DNA of 63,483 nt, filler included, from Choristocarpus tenellus KU-1152 (Eukaryota; Protista; Phaeophyceae): the NCBI GenBank assembly GCA_964200185.2. It is 8 parts of 8 records of this genome, joined end to end, with 100 filler letters (N's around TTAATTAATTAA, not from the genome) between each part and the next. Parts side by side here need not be neighbours in the genome. Positions count along the whole stretch, not along the records: positions 22,702 to 31,076 come from CAXNAD020004794.1; positions 31,177 to 44,653 come from CAXNAD020001481.1; 6 more parts are not named here. The stretch is one strand, 5' to 3'. The notes under the pieces were generated by a model. The model was not told where the DNA came from. It worked only from the letters and a program-made list of their open reading frames with translations, and searched no databases. The position numbers and the translations under genes were made by a program. Of the stretch, positions 26,801 to 40,031 are shown one piece after another. The first letter of the stretch is position 1. Every line of letters begins with the position of its first letter.

Positions 26801-29800
26801 TTCCTATTTTGAAATTGTTGACTGTACAGCACACCGTTGGAAAGACAGATATATTTTAGTCTCCTCCAGGTAATGTGTTCTGAAAAAACCAAAACAGTTT
26901 GAACAGCTTGAGTTGTTTTTGCGGGAGCTCATTTCAATGAGTATTGTCAAATTTCGTGTTAGCGTGGAATTATGAAAAGAGATTGCTTGCATGGCCACCA
27001 GCTGTCTACATCGTAAACGTGATATCATTGTGGATTTAACCATTGCCGTGGAATGTGGTTGGACTTGTGAAGCAACCTCAAGGGCTGCCGTAAATGCCTT
27101 TTTCACTGCTAACAGATAAAATCTCCACAAACAAACAAAAAAATATGAAGAAACGAGGAAGGCACCCTAACCCTAACCCCGGTCTGATGGTCTTTTGCTT
27201 CTGAGCATCCTATCCTTACCTTTGCTAAAAAGAGAGGAGTGGCTCATTTGGAGGTAAAATTCATCGATAGGGACTCTTCAGCTGGGGTCACCCCCCCCCA
27301 CCATTTTCGGTAGTAACAGTTACTGCAGCGACTGCTACGACATCACAATTTGTGAGGATTTGATCTTGCAGAATAGACCGCTTTGATTATCTTCGCATTT
27401 TGTGCTCTAGTACCTTTGTTTTTTTAATGGATGCTGCTTCTGTGCTGTGTAATTCCTTTTTTTTATTTTTCAGAAGATGATTGAAAGCATGCAATGCTAG
27501 AAGGCGTCTACCCTCCCTCTTCATCCACTGAGCTCCAGTGGCTCACAGGTCCGTTCTCCACCGCCTGCACCGCAACCTTGAGAACCTTGAGGAAGAGTTT
27601 TGTCTAGTTGCACCTCACGCCTCAGTTGTCGCCTGTCTCTGTCATGGGTATGATTGCTCACCTAGGGAGCAGGTGCTGATGGCACCTCAGTGAAGGACCT
27701 TATCTTGCTTGGAAGACATAGGAAGGCAGTCATAACCTTCTGCAGGGAGATAGACACTATGCTTGGAGGAGGGGTGCCGCGGGGTGAGCTGACGGAGGTG
27801 AGCCAGTGAGAAAGGTTGAGCCCCTCTCGAGGTATATGCTGTACCTTTGAGTGACTCGTGGTCTGTGACTTGCGATCTGATGCATTGCAAATGTTTGTGA
27901 CTACTACTGTCACTGTGAATATATATAGGTATTGTTAGGGGTGGAACGGGGCTGCCTGCCTGTTGGTGGTGTTTTTTTTGTGGGGAGGTGGGGAAGAGGT
28001 GAGGAGTGGGGGAGTGGTAGGATTGCTTGCATGTAAAGGAGAGGTGAAGCATGTCGAGGTATTATACTTCGCATCAAAGAGGTAGGGAGAGAGAAGTATA
28101 GGTAGGGGAGGGAGGAGAGCATTTCAAAGGTGGGAAGAAAATCGATGGTCTAGAGTGAAAAGTCTGAGGAGGAGGGAGGAAGAGAGAGGAGGCTGGGACC
28201 ACCTGGGTGATGAAATAGGGAGTACAGTGCAGTGCAGAGGAAATACGAGTGTGGGGGAGTGGTGTGGGGGGGGGGGCGAAGTAGTCACTCTCTGTGTGAT
28301 GGGTACCTCCTGTGTTAGAGTGATTGTGCAGATAAGAAGATTAATCACTTAAAATGCTTTTGTTCTTGCTCCACAAGTGAACACTTTGAGGGGACCATAT
28401 GATTGTCGTTCTGTCTGATGCCTGTCTGCATTGAACCTCCCCCAAGTGGAAAAGTGAAAAACAAACAGATTATTTCAACCTCCGACCTATCTCTGAGGAT
28501 AGTCAATAGATTGAGAATGGCGAAAGGATTGTGTTCTGATTTTTCAGCTGCAGTGGGATGAGTAGTAGTGATTTATTTATTTTTTAGAGGTGGATTCACT
28601 TCCTTTCTCATTTGCTGTAAAAACTGCACATCCAAGGGAGGTATTCTCCTGCATCTCTCTCGTATTCAATTTTTCCTGAAGTGTTTGCATGGAAATGAGA
28701 AGCCCCCAATGCAGACTCTCCATGGTCGAGTGATCGCTATGTAGTCCAAGAGGTTAGTTTCTGCCCCTGGCAAAAGTCTGCCTCCATCAAGAGCCTCTTC
28801 ACCTCCTAAAATGCTTATCGTTGCATGCAGTAGGTAGGCTCTGATGAATTGAATTGGTGGGATTTTGAGTCACTTACTTGGCTCTGAAAACTGTTAATGA
28901 TTGTAGGATGACCTCTGCACACTACTTTTGTTACCTCACCTTCATTGATGTCATTAATGGTATCTACTACCCAGGACAATATCCTCACTAGATTTTGTTG
29001 GGGGGGTTTGACCTGCCAGAATTTTATATGCTTGGCGTCACGCTGTGGGAAACATGACCTGTTCTATGTATTGCATCAAATACCTCTTCCATTGTTCCCA
29101 CCTGCCTCCACCCTGCCCCCCCCCCCCCCCCCCCCTTTCCATTATTCATTATTCCCACTGTGTACATAATCTAACTTCCTGGATCCGTAAGATTTGCGGG
29201 ACCCCTGGTGTGGGAAAGACTCAATTTGGCATGCAGCTGGCTGTGGATGTGCAAATCCCCCCAGGCTTTAGTGGAGTGGGAGGTGAAGCACTGTATATTG
29301 ACACAGAGGGGAGTCTGACAGTGGAGAGGCTGTCGCAAATGTGTGCTGCAGTAGCAGAACATTTGAGACGCATTGCAAGGGTGAGTCTAATTGCTTGGGA
29401 GAAGGGGGGGGAGGGGTCTATTAAGAAGGTTGTTGTATTGTTTGTTGGGAAACAGGTATTGTTGTTGTCTATAGTAGTTGTATTGAGTTACAACCTGGAC
29501 TGTCAAATAACTGTAACTGCCTCCTGGGGTATATTGAGTTGTTAATGCTTGCTCCTCTGTCCAGTAGGGATGTAATATTTGAAGTTTATACTGGAGATGG
29601 GCAATTGCTGTGCCTGGGGTGCGAGGAAATGCACTTCATTAAGATAGTATGACGATGCACCTACTCTGTGACACGTTGCCTGCCCCCCTCCTCTCAACTC
29701 ATCAAAACAACAGTATGGCTGACGGATCTGGGTTGGGGACATCCTATAGAGAGGTACCACAAGTTTGCCCCCAAATCAAATCATGACTAGCAGACCTGCT

Positions 29801-30081
29801 ACAATAGAAATTTTTGGTTGTCAATTTTGGCGCTCTAGTAGTTGCATTCGATTAGTGGGAGTATACTACCGAAGGTGGCGTAATGCTTGGGATTGAAGCC
29901 CTTGCTGTGTTCGTATATATATTTATATATTTTTTCTTTTCTTTTCTTGTCCTTAACTTTTCAACAGAATAAGAAAAACTACGGGGGGCAGGACCTTGCT
30001 CTGAACGTACCCACGGAGGAGAACCTTCTGGAAGGGATCCACGTGTGGAGATTGCATGACCACATTGAACAGTTGGCTGCG
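23838..30081 (+). CDS. RAD51C: DNA repair protein RAD51 paralog C, 5' part. Exons 23838..23988, 24232..24353, 27666..27797, 29192..29380, 29968..30081; 3' exons not found before the gap at 31077
   Basis: In-frame GT-AG junctions. [45 protein letters not shown]...[12 protein letters not shown] contains Walker A (GTPGVGKT). The ITFC and QLAVDVQIP segments are characteristic of RAD51C. Confidence 0.93.
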
Positions 30082-30201
30082 GTGGGTGTGGGGTATAGGG
30101 TGATTGATGATGTGAGGGAATGAGCCAGGAATGGGGAGGTGTTTTTAATTTGTGGGGTGGCTGTTTGGGGGATTTTAGTGTTGTGAGATTATTTCCACGA
30201 A

Positions 30202-30514
30202 GTTGGACCTCAATTGTGAAGTGTCTGTTGGTTCTTGTTGGACCTTGATTGTGAATTGTGTGTTGGTTCTAGTTGGACCTCGATTGTGAATTGTGTGTTG
30301 GCTCTAGTTGGACCTCGATTGTGAATTGTGTGTTGGTTCTAGTTGAAGCACAATTGTGAATTGTGTGTTGGTTCTAGTTGAAGCACAATTGTGAAAAGTG
30401 TGTTGGTTCTTGTTGAACCTCAATTGTGAATTGTTGTTGGTTCTAGTTGGACCTTGATTGCAAAGTGTGTGTTGGTTCTAGTTGGACCTCGATTGTGAAA
30501 TGTGTGTTGGTTCT
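30202..30514. repeat. 35-bp minisatellite, about 9 diverged copies, in the RAD51C intron after exon 5
   Basis: Consensus GTTGGACCTCGATTGTGAATTGTGTGTTGGTTCTA, head to tail with no spacers. Confidence 0.93.
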
Positions 30515-31285
30515 GTTGCTAGCTTTTTTTCGGTGGTGTTATTTTTTCATGTGTGAAGGAGCTTTGTGGCCCAATGACTGTTGAGTGTAAGATAATATAT
30601 ATTTATTTTTGTTCTCGGAAGGCAGGGAGGGAGGTGGTGAGTGTAGGGAGAAGTTTCAGATAGAGTGAGAACTGATGAGGTTTGCTTCTGGGACGGTTGT
30701 GATGGCTCAGAACGTGTGAATGTCAGCAGTGTGAAGCCGCTGAAGAGTGACGAAGATGCACAACTTCAGTTTGATGCACATTGGGATGCACACATGTATA
30801 CACATGTGTGTGTCTGTCTCTGTCGCTGGGTCATTAGAGGGTATTTTTAGGGTATTTTAGTAATGTTTATTATTGCGTGATCTGGAGATGCAGAGTGTCT
30901 CATGTGGAGTGTGTTTCCCTCTGTAGTGATAGGTCTGCAGTGGGGCTGGGAAACTCTGATCCATGTGCCAATTTTTTTTTTTATGAAGTTGTGGTAGTTT
31001 TGTGTTCGGGGGGAGGGGGGGGAGGGGGTGGGGAGGGGGATTGGTGCAATTTTGAAAGGGTTTGCAAAGCTGGCAANNNNNNNNNNNNNNNNNNNNNNNN
31101 NNNNNNNNNNNNNNNNNNNNTTAATTAATTAANNNNNNNNNNNNNNNNNNNNNNNNNNNNNNNNNNNNNNNNNNNNCCCCCCCAAGGATATCAAATCTTC
31201 GTGAGTTATGTCCAAGTTGCATGCTCATGTGTGTGCTACCATACACCCATTTCGTGCTCTTGCTTGTGCTTGCTGATGGTGAAAG

Positions 31286-32439
31286 CTTGGAGCAGACATT
31301 GTGGTCAATGTTGCTGGGCTCTCTCCAGAGGATGCTGCTCTCCGTGTGAGAGGGGCCCTGGGCAGAGAGGAGGAGGGGGAGGGAGAGAGCCCCGAGTCTT
31401 GTGTGGATTGCTGTGGGTTTGAATCAAGCGTGGCAACCGCATTGGCAGCAGTGAAGAATGGAGGCAAGGTTTGCATAGTAGGCATGGTGAGTGCAGAGTG
31501 GAGAAATTGGGGAGGCGTGTGGAGAGATGGTTGTGCAGGAATGGATTGTGCAGTGAATGGGGATGATTTCGAACAACATACTAAACATACTACGAGTATT
31601 GTGTAATAGTGCGTTGAGAATCGACGAGGGTGAGGTGAGGAAGGATGCAATTTTGGTTTGTTCTTGGGTGGGCTAGAATAATTGGATGGGATTTAGGAGG
31701 AAAGGACAGGGGATAAGGGGGGGTCCGTGTTTTCCTTGGGTGTAGCCTTGCTTCTGTTTTCTTGGCTGTATGTTCTCCGGTAGAGATGTCCTGGATCCCC
31801 TATTTATGGCACGATTTTCTTATTTTTTGTATTAAGTTGGACAGTGATTGGGAAGTTGAAGGTGGATTAAAAGCTTGTGTTGGGTTTGTGTGTTTGTGTG
31901 CATGTGTGTCTCTCATGTCAGTGCCTGTGTTGTAGGATTGTAGAAGTCCTCCTGGGCTCTTCAAGTGATAGGCGAATCGAGGTGTACCTTCTACCTGAAT
32001 GCACATCTTTTGCCTTGACGACAATATGTATATATCAAAAAGAACCACTACTTGGGACCTTAGGTAGCGATCTTCCTCCTCCCTTCTGTCACCATCTGCA
32101 CTTACTCCTCCACTGCTTACCTGTGCTCCCAACGGCACTGATTTATCTCGTTCACAGTACATGCTGAGATTCTACACCAATTGTATCCCGAGATTTCAAT
32201 CAACCAGTCCTCCTTGCGGCTTTTGCCTACTGTAGCTGATATTCTCCTCTTGATTGTGTTTTGATTTGCTATTGTCCGACTTCAAAAAGGGGCAGGATAT
32301 GATGAAGCTACCTATGACAGCTGCAGCAGCCCGAGAAGTGGACATTGTGGGAGTGTTCCGTTACCGGAACACTTACCCTCTGGCTGTGCACCTTATTAGC
32401 ACGGGGTGAGAGTTTGCCTTGTAAGGAGTGGACCTAGTA

Positions 32440-32472
<33 letters not shown>

Positions 32473-34576
32473 CTTCAAAGTGTACACAATGTGCCATCTT
32501 ACAATATTTATGCATGTCTGGTGTGAGCTTTTGCGATATTCACACGAAGGCGTGTTATGAAGACGGTATATAGAGCTTGTGAGAATTACGTCTGGATGGG
32601 GGGGGCATGGTGAGGTTTTGGTGCCCTTGTTGAACAGATTGAGAATCGATTGTGTCGATGATGCTACAGTGGTGATCTGTGAACCAAATTGAGCATTCCG
32701 CACTTGTTTTAGAAGGGAAAAGGTGGAAGGGACCAGGGTGGAGTCCACAGGTTCTTACTGTACTTGGCACATATTGGAAGGTACAGTTGATTACTCATTA
32801 CTTGAAGCGTAAGAGTACATACATCTTTTTTTAATATATATATATACCAATTCTGTGCACTGAATTTTTTGCCTGGGCTATTCTTTCAAGTCTACCCTAA
32901 GTCTATCATAGTCAAGGTGCGGTATTTCTTACCTTGACTGCAACTGTTTCATGGGTTTAGCTCTACCACTATGTGTTCTAGCCAACATTTTCCCTTTTTT
33001 TTCGAAGATGGCAATGTAGTGCTGCTCTACTCGAATCTAAAGTGTGTTTTGTGCAGTTGCCAAAATGAGAGATTGATGTCACCTACGGCCCTCTCCCAAC
33101 AACTTCTAACGGGAGTGTTTTTTCTGTTTTGTTGCCGGCATGAGTGCTGAGTATCTAAAATCACCAAATCCTTGTGATGTAGCCCTGGTCCCCATGCTAA
33201 ACAAGTTACCACAGTTTTACTGCCTCACCTCCTTGTCCCCCAAATCCTTTAACTCCTCTCTATCCTCCATCGCTCCAGCTCAGACTCTCTCAAATTTTAT
33301 CACCTTCCTCGAGCTATTTCCCCTTCTCTCCTTGATCGTCCTCTGTTCCCTTACCTCTTGCCATTGCCGCTGGTGCATGCTTTCTTGGTTGCATGCTTGG
33401 GGAAACACAATGAAACGTTCAGCTCGATCAATGTGGGCCCTCTCATCACCCATCGCTTTAGTCTTGAAAATGACTTCAGTGCTAACCTCATCAAGGAGGC
33501 CTTTGAGGTCTCGGCCAGGGGTAGGGATGCCATCAAGGTGTGCGACATGCGTGCCTTTTTGTTTGTTGTGGAGTGGCATTTCTTGAGGCATCTCTGAGGT
33601 TTAGTGTTCATATTGTAGTAATCTAGGAGACACTTGCATACAACAATGCCCCCATTCGCTAGGAAATTTTCCTTGTAGAGCTTTTCGCAACCGACAGGAC
33701 CTGTAGTGTATCTAGAACCCTCTGTTGGCTTCTATTTGATTAGAACGATATAGACCAGCATCGTAATATCCTTTTGGAAAACACTGTTGAGATGTTTGCA
33801 GTCCTGTCCTGGAGCTGGAGTTAACCATTGCTTAATATGAATGGGAGAGACCCACTTCCATTAATACATACATATATATATATATTGCGATATCCAAGCA
33901 GCATTGGTGTTTTAATGGGGCATATTGAGTACACCATTAGCTAAGAAAGCTCTTTGGTAATTGAAGCAAGTATTTTGTGCTTGTGCTACAGGATTTTTTT
34001 TTTACAAGGACAATAGTAGTCTGAAGCACAAGGGTTTTGGTGTGTAGGGGTGAGACCATGATAGGCAAATGTATGTCCGATTTGCGCTCTTTCTGTCCTT
34101 TGTTCTACAGTCTGTTGTGTAGAAAGGGTTGGCGGATCAAGAACACTTTTTGCCTCATAATGCACAGGAGGTGATTGGAACTCCCCATGGGGAAGGGGAA
34201 GAACAAGCAGTGCAATGTCATGTCATGGTTGTTTGGAGTATGTTCATGGTAATATGGCACACTTCAAGTAGTATACAGAGTGGGGCGATATTCCCACAAT
34301 AGCAGCATGTGTTCATGTCCCCAAGTTGCTACGCTGTCTGCGATGCTCTATAGTATGTAGGGAATTTGAGGGCGTTTCATGCTCTGTATATTTGCCTGAT
34401 GTACTGTCAAATCTGTCATGCTTTGAAGTAGATGCACACACGCGCGCTCAAGAAAATGTCCCATTATTCCGTTCTGAAAACCTCGTTCTGTATCCTTTCC
34501 CTCCTGCCTTCCACTCCCTTGCTTCCTCCCATGATAACTGAAGGTCATGTTCAACCTAATCGCTGAGGCTGCCTGA
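31286..34576 (+). CDS. SORD: Sorbitol (L-iditol 2-) dehydrogenase-like zinc-dependent MDR enzyme, 3' part. Exons 31286..31486, 32290..32405, 33423..33537, 34544..34576
   Basis: In-frame junctions give LGAD...CVDCCGF...GGKVCIVGMG...AAAREVDIVGVFRYRNTYP...PLITHRF...EAFEVSARGRDAIKVMFNL, matching the sorbitol dehydrogenase C-terminus. N-terminal exons are absent; substrate is inferred. Confidence 0.88.
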
Positions 34577-35299
34577 GCAAGGGATGGAAAATTGTTTTTT
34601 TTTTTCAGTATGTCAGTCTCTGTCATGCATTTCTTTCGCCTTTCTTGTTGATCATTGGAATGCTACAGGCATCTTGTTCGTGCTCTCTGATCCTTGATGG
34701 CTGAAACTGTTGTTACAATTTTCAATCAGTTGATAGTAACTAACTCTACTTCTCATTGCATTTTTTTTTTTTCCTAACGGAATTCTGAGCCTGAAGTGAG
34801 CAGCACCAAGACGAGAAAACAGTAGGAGATTTTTTTTTTTTCAGGAGGTGGTGGATTGTTAACGTACTAAAGTATATTATAAAACCATTGGTCGCCAGAC
34901 CGAGTACGAACCATCCAACTCGAAATGCACTTGTGTTTGCATCTAAATGCCATTTGGCGTGGAACTGGCTGTCTCTTGAGTACCGTACACTTGCGGAAAA
35001 CATTGTATCCCGCAGGGTTGAAAGGACCAATTGGGTATCAGGATGATTTGATCAAAGATGAATACAAAAAAAGACACAAGTAGATTCCTTTTGAAAGGAT
35101 GTAATTATATTGGAGAATGGTAGGCTGGCTCCAAGGACGATCACTTTTTTTATATCTCACTATTGTTGGAATGGTACCAAATCTTACTCCTATTGCCAAA
35201 ATATGTGCTTTTAGTCTAGAAATGCAACGTAGCTACCCACTCAGCTTCTTGTACATAGATTGCGCATGCATGACTCAGTCTACTGTGTGGGTATGGGCC

Positions 35300-36480
35300 G
35301 TGGTAAGGCAGTTGGTCTCTACCCAACATGTCACATAAAATCAGCCGTGTTGTCTGTACTTTGTATTGTGAGACCTTGTTCTTGCAAAAGCACAACTTAA
35401 GGAGCAGCCTGGACATCTTATGGGTACCAATGATTTCTTGTGAACGTATGATACGCCTCTCCAAGTACTTACTGTTGTTGGGTCTTGCAATGTCAAAAAG
35501 ACGAGTGAGGAAATTGGAACTCAGGTTGTCATCCACCTGTGAAGATGATATGTGTGTGGTCTGTTTCGACACACTTGATATGGTAAGGATGATGTACATA
35601 CCTAGGGAGTTGCTTTTTATTGGATGCTGACAAATATGTTCAAAATATCGCTATTTTTACAAACGTTTGTGGGATATTTTCTAAATTGTCTTGAAAGGTT
35701 TCAAACAATAGAGTAATCAATGTTTCTCAAGTCAAACTCACCACTTCTTTCGTAGAAATATGGGTGAACTGCGAGAAATTGAAAGGCAGACTTAAAATGG
35801 CAAAACGGTCAAAACCTGGGTACCTCTCGTTTACTTTAGTTAGCTCCATACTGATTCAAACTGAATATGTTGGGACGGATTATTTGGTTACTTTTACTGT
35901 TCTTCTCTAGAATGTTTGAAGGAGAGGTCAAACACAGGCACACAAATAACTGTAGATGCACTATACAAGTCTCTAGGACTGCAATGTAAGTCGTGATGAA
36001 TCTGCCCAGTTACTAAGACAGTGAGGGTGGGTTCCTATATACTTGCGGATTTCGACCTGTCTACCAGATAAGTCCTTCCATGTGTAGGGGATGATGACAA
36101 GTTGAAGGGTCGAATGAAGTTGCTGAACCTGCCTTGATTGAAGATGGTAGACTGTGAGTCATCAATGGTAAAGGTGGGTCACTTGGGTGAAGACCACAGT
36201 ATCATCACTCACTGCTGCATAGATCACAGTTTGGAATGTGTGACAGGTACAGTATTCAACGGGTAAGGGGTAAAAGATCCCGTGAAATCAGGTCGGGCAA
36301 GTGTTGGTGCCTATTGAATCCAGTCTATGGAAGGAGTGTTTGGAGGAGATGAACAGGACGTGAAAGATTGAGTTGAAGAAGATTGCGCAGGATGTATACC
36401 AACTTGTTGGTGGTCCACTTACTCCATGGTGGGCTGCTTCCTACACCTCAAACTTGCCTTCATTGTTCACTAGAACATCC
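35300..36480 (-). mobile_element. Possible highly decayed Penelope-like retroelement reverse transcriptase
   Basis: Minus-strand fragments in RT order: KWTTNKLVYILRNLL, SIGTNTCP (cf. PMGTNCAP), TIDD (cf. YIDD), TRLFD (cf. TxLYDK). Many stops; assignment rests on short motifs only. Confidence 0.35.
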
Positions 36481-37259
36481 AATTGTCACCCACATCGCAT
36501 GTTTGATCGACGTTTCAAAGTAGGGGGTGATCAGTTGTTGTAGGAATGCAAAACAGATATCCCAACTGCTTGTAAGAGGAATGAAGTGTAGAAGTCGCCT
36601 TTCTCCTCTATCATCCGCAACGTGTTCATTCCATCTTCCTTCACATTTATGCTTACATCAAGGTGATCAACGATGCCTTATCATTTTTTGTTTCTTGTTG
36701 CTTCTCTGTTTTATAGCTCTCCAGTAAATTTTACCTTCCTTCCCAATCTCCCATCTCCCATCTTTTTAACTTGTCCTTTTGTTATAGTCAGGTGATGAGT
36801 CTAAGTGTCTCTCAAAGGGGAGATCCATCAAACACACCATCTCTTAGTGTTCACTAGTGCATACGAAATACACTTGTAGAATCAGTCAAGAAACATAGTC
36901 TAGTAGGGCCATGATACCCTCCCTACCAATGCCCCTTCCATCCATATTTTGATGCTCGCTTGTAGATGTGCACAAAGACAACCATCCTGTCCAATGCTGC
37001 ACCCCCTCTTGCCCCAGATCCAGATACCTGTCACACCAGCAATTAATCTATTGAGCAGTTCAAGACAAGGAAGCTTTAGCCTGCCACCAAAAAATGGGAG
37101 AACTGCCTATTGTGTGAAATATGCCAACAATACATAGTGTGTTCCCAAGAACTGCATGTACTCCAGAAAAGCTTGCAGACACTCGCCTCTCTAGTCTGTT
37201 CACATCAACCCATCCTACCCCACCACTCCTTCCCTCCTACCATTCATGCTTGCGAGAGC

Positions 37260-38850
37260 ACAATAGAGTTAGAGGGAGGGAGGGGATTGCATCTATGCAA
37301 ACAAGGGGCGTTGTAGTAGGATGAAATGTGCTGGAGGGATTGTGTCAAAACTCTCAATTGCACAACATTATGGGCGGTGTTTGGGGAGGAACCCCATCCG
37401 TTATATTTGTTATATTACATGCCTACATCAAACCTGCAGTAGCACAACTTGATATGTAAGCGCCTATCCTGCATTTCACAAATGGATCAACAAGTGACAT
37501 GCTCCATATTGTTGGTCCCCCCAAATCCCATTAATATCCCCACTCCCCCCCCCAACCTCCTGCTGCAGTGAGGCTACTTTGATAACTCTTCCATCTATGT
37601 TTAACAAATGATTGACCAGACCAAACAACATATTCTATTTCAAACTGTGAAAACAATAGCCCCTATTGTGTCTAAGCAGGAGGTGAGCTCATCTGTGCTG
37701 AAGGCGTTGCCATTTGAGCAAGTACAAAGCACAGACAGTCATTCCGATTTCAGTGATTGGCTATAGGCTTAGCACCTATGTTGAGATGACCCACATAATG
37801 AGCAGTATCACCATCAACCTTCCACCAACCGAACAAAGTAATCTGTTGTAGTAGTCTCCATATCTTCAGTGCTGAGTGGAGGTTTGGGTTCCTGTGACAG
37901 ACTTTCACCGAAGAAGCCCTAGGTATTATATTGGGACTGGTGCCCCTGCCATCAATGCCACCATCTGTTAGGATATTGGTGGCAGTGTTCATCATTTGCA
38001 CTGAGTGCACAATGACATGTAGATAAGGGATGTGGGAATGTTGGGGAACGGGAAGGGCAATGGGGAGCATCCAGGGATTAAATGAACAGACTCCTGAAAC
38101 TGCCTTGAATTACAACTTTGAGGGTAAGTCCTGTCGCCTACCTGCCTGGAAAAAAGGGAATGAACCAACTTGCACTCATAGCTCCCATGAGTGATTGTTG
38201 GAGGCATCCAATTTGGAGATACTTCCCAGCTCCAAAAGGCTCCTCACTCATCCTGCCTGGTTAGTAGCTTCGCTGTTTTGCAGGAGGTCACTTCAGATCG
38301 GATTTGTCTCAACACACTGGGAACAGTCTCCCTATAGAACAACACCAACTCTGCCAGGACCTTATCGTGTAGCTCATCCTGGAGTCTAGCTAGTGAAATT
38401 ATTAGCGCATCCATGGCCATGGGGATATGGGAATGGGATGGCAAGGCCTGAAATACAAGTGGAGACGGTTGGGAGATATCCAGGCCAATGCTGATGTCGA
38501 TACTGGTACTCTGCAAGCTGCCGCCTTTCGCCTTCACTTGGTGGGAACCAAAGTATCTGGGAGCGGGAGGGGGGTCTACACCAGGGTGTCCATTTGGGCC
38601 AAAACCAGGAAATGTGCACTTACGTCATCCATCCGACGTATGCAACCAAATCACCCAGAAATCGCGACACGAAAAAATTGACCCCAAATGGACAGTCGCC
38701 ACCCCGCCCAGATACTTTGAGCCTGGGTGCTGCTCAACCCATGGCAGTAACCTCAATCAAATGCAGTAGTTTTTGGTCCACACTATAGGGAACCCTCCCT
38801 TCATCTCCTGCCTCGCTACAGCCATACCAGACACAATATCCTCTGTGAGG
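37260..38850 (-). pseudogene. Inverted, decayed duplicate of the 3' half and downstream region of the EsV-1-7 gene
   Basis: Reverse complement is collinear with ~42350-44400: K*RRKAAACRVPVSTSALAWIS vs KRRRKAAGGVVPATASALAWVS; ARLQDELH vs TRLQDELH; shared DNA such as TCTGTCACAGGAAC, ACCTCCACTCAGC, ATGGAGCATGTCACTTGTT, CCTCCCCAAACAC. Has in-frame stops and a MITE insertion. Confidence 0.88.
38545..38723 (+). mobile_element. MITE family B copy (B1), 179 bp, 3-bp TSD TGG
   Basis: Ends GAACCAAAGTATCTGGG...CCCAGATACTTTGAGCC. Removing it and one TGG restores the frame of the pseudogene exon (GCA CCC ACC AAG, cf. GCA TTC ACC AAG in the 39208 paralog). Confidence 0.9.
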
Positions 38851-39207
38851 CAACCACTACAACAATGTTTAGGTTTCGCCAGCTGAAACATTTCTTATCC
38901 TCCCTCCTCTCCCATGTTCCCCCCCTCATAGCATCCTCTAGCATCGGTATGCTTCACCCATACCCGTGTCCCACCACCCCACAACCTTCATCATGCTATA
39001 TATGATTACGCCACCAATACATATGTGAGTACTCCTCTACCCTCCTCTCAATAGATTTACCTCCCCTCCGTCCTCTAACCCCAATACTCCAATCGGTCAT
39101 GCTTCTCTCACAAATACGACCACCCCCCGATACTTTCCCTCCCTCCATGTTACCCTATTCTCCTCTTTTCCATCACCAACATGTTCTTTCCTCTCACACA
39201 CACGGAG

Positions 39208-39490
39208 AATCCTCACTGTAAAGAGGGCAATCCCTCAAAGTATCTCCATTTTGGAAAAAGGCGGCGGCAGGTATGCTATCGCCATCATTATACAAGGTTA
39301 GGCTTGATCGACCTTACTACCACCAGTTCATCAGCATTCACCAAGCGTAAGAGAAATTCGGGAGGTAGAGCACCACCGGTATCACCATCATCATCGGCCT
39401 GGGCGTCACTCACCGCCTCTACTACTCCCTCAGACGCAGCCCAAGTCCCCATCCTAATACCCACTGTGCCCATGGATACCCAATACTTAG
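39208..39490 (+). pseudogene. Orphan decayed copy of exon 3 of the EsV-1-7 gene
   Basis: AG|NPHCKEGNPSKYLHFG...GLIDL...TKRKR...SSSAWAS...AQVPIL aligns to AG|NPRCEEVNCSKRPRFG...GLVDL...GKRRRK...SALAWVS...AQAPIL with the same acceptor position. Three of the four C/C/C/H positions are substituted. Confidence 0.8.
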
Positions 39491-39773
39491 GCAGGTCAGA
39501 CTGCGGGATGAGATATGAAACACCATCTCGGGAGAGATGGGGTCGTTGGATGTGTCAAGATCCTAGTGTGGGGTGCTGAAACTTTCGCCTGCTCAGTCAT
39601 GACACACTGAAGTCAAGGGGTCTGATAGTGGACTAAATTTATGTGCATTATCATTAAGCAAGCGCCTACACAAAAATACGAGAATAAAATACTGAACAAT
39701 CATTCACAATTTGTTGACACCCACACATCCCTACACCTGGAGTCATTCCTGTGGCCTGCCTGCACTGACTGAA

Positions 39774-40031
39774 GAATGAAAGTATCTCAGAGGGTATGAG
39801 TTTTGTCCTGTTTGTCCGTTCGGGACTTGGCTTCCCAAGGATTATTAATCACATTTTTCCTACTCCAAAATGTTTCGGAGTAGGTAAAATGTGTACGTTA
39901 TGAAAAAGTGTGTCTTGAACAAGGATATTGACGCTTCCTAACAAACACATAGCCAAAATTACATCAAAATCGCAATATTGTATTTTGACCCCCAAACGGA
40001 CACGGCTCTACCCTCTAAGGTACTTTCACTC
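39774..40031 (-). mobile_element. MITE family A copy (A1), 258 bp, 4-bp TSD TGAA
   Basis: Inverted ends GAATGAAAGTATCTCAGAGGGTA / TACCCTCTAAGGTACTTTCACTC; TGAA on both sides; body collinear with A2-A6. Confidence 0.92.

Noticed and set aside
27165-27179. CCCTAACCCTAACCC telomere-like motif
   Set aside because: Only 2.5 units inside a RAD51C intron; too short to call.
30202-30514. 35-bp repeats as a CRISPR array
   Set aside because: Units are contiguous with no unique spacers, no cas genes nearby, and the context is a eukaryotic intron.
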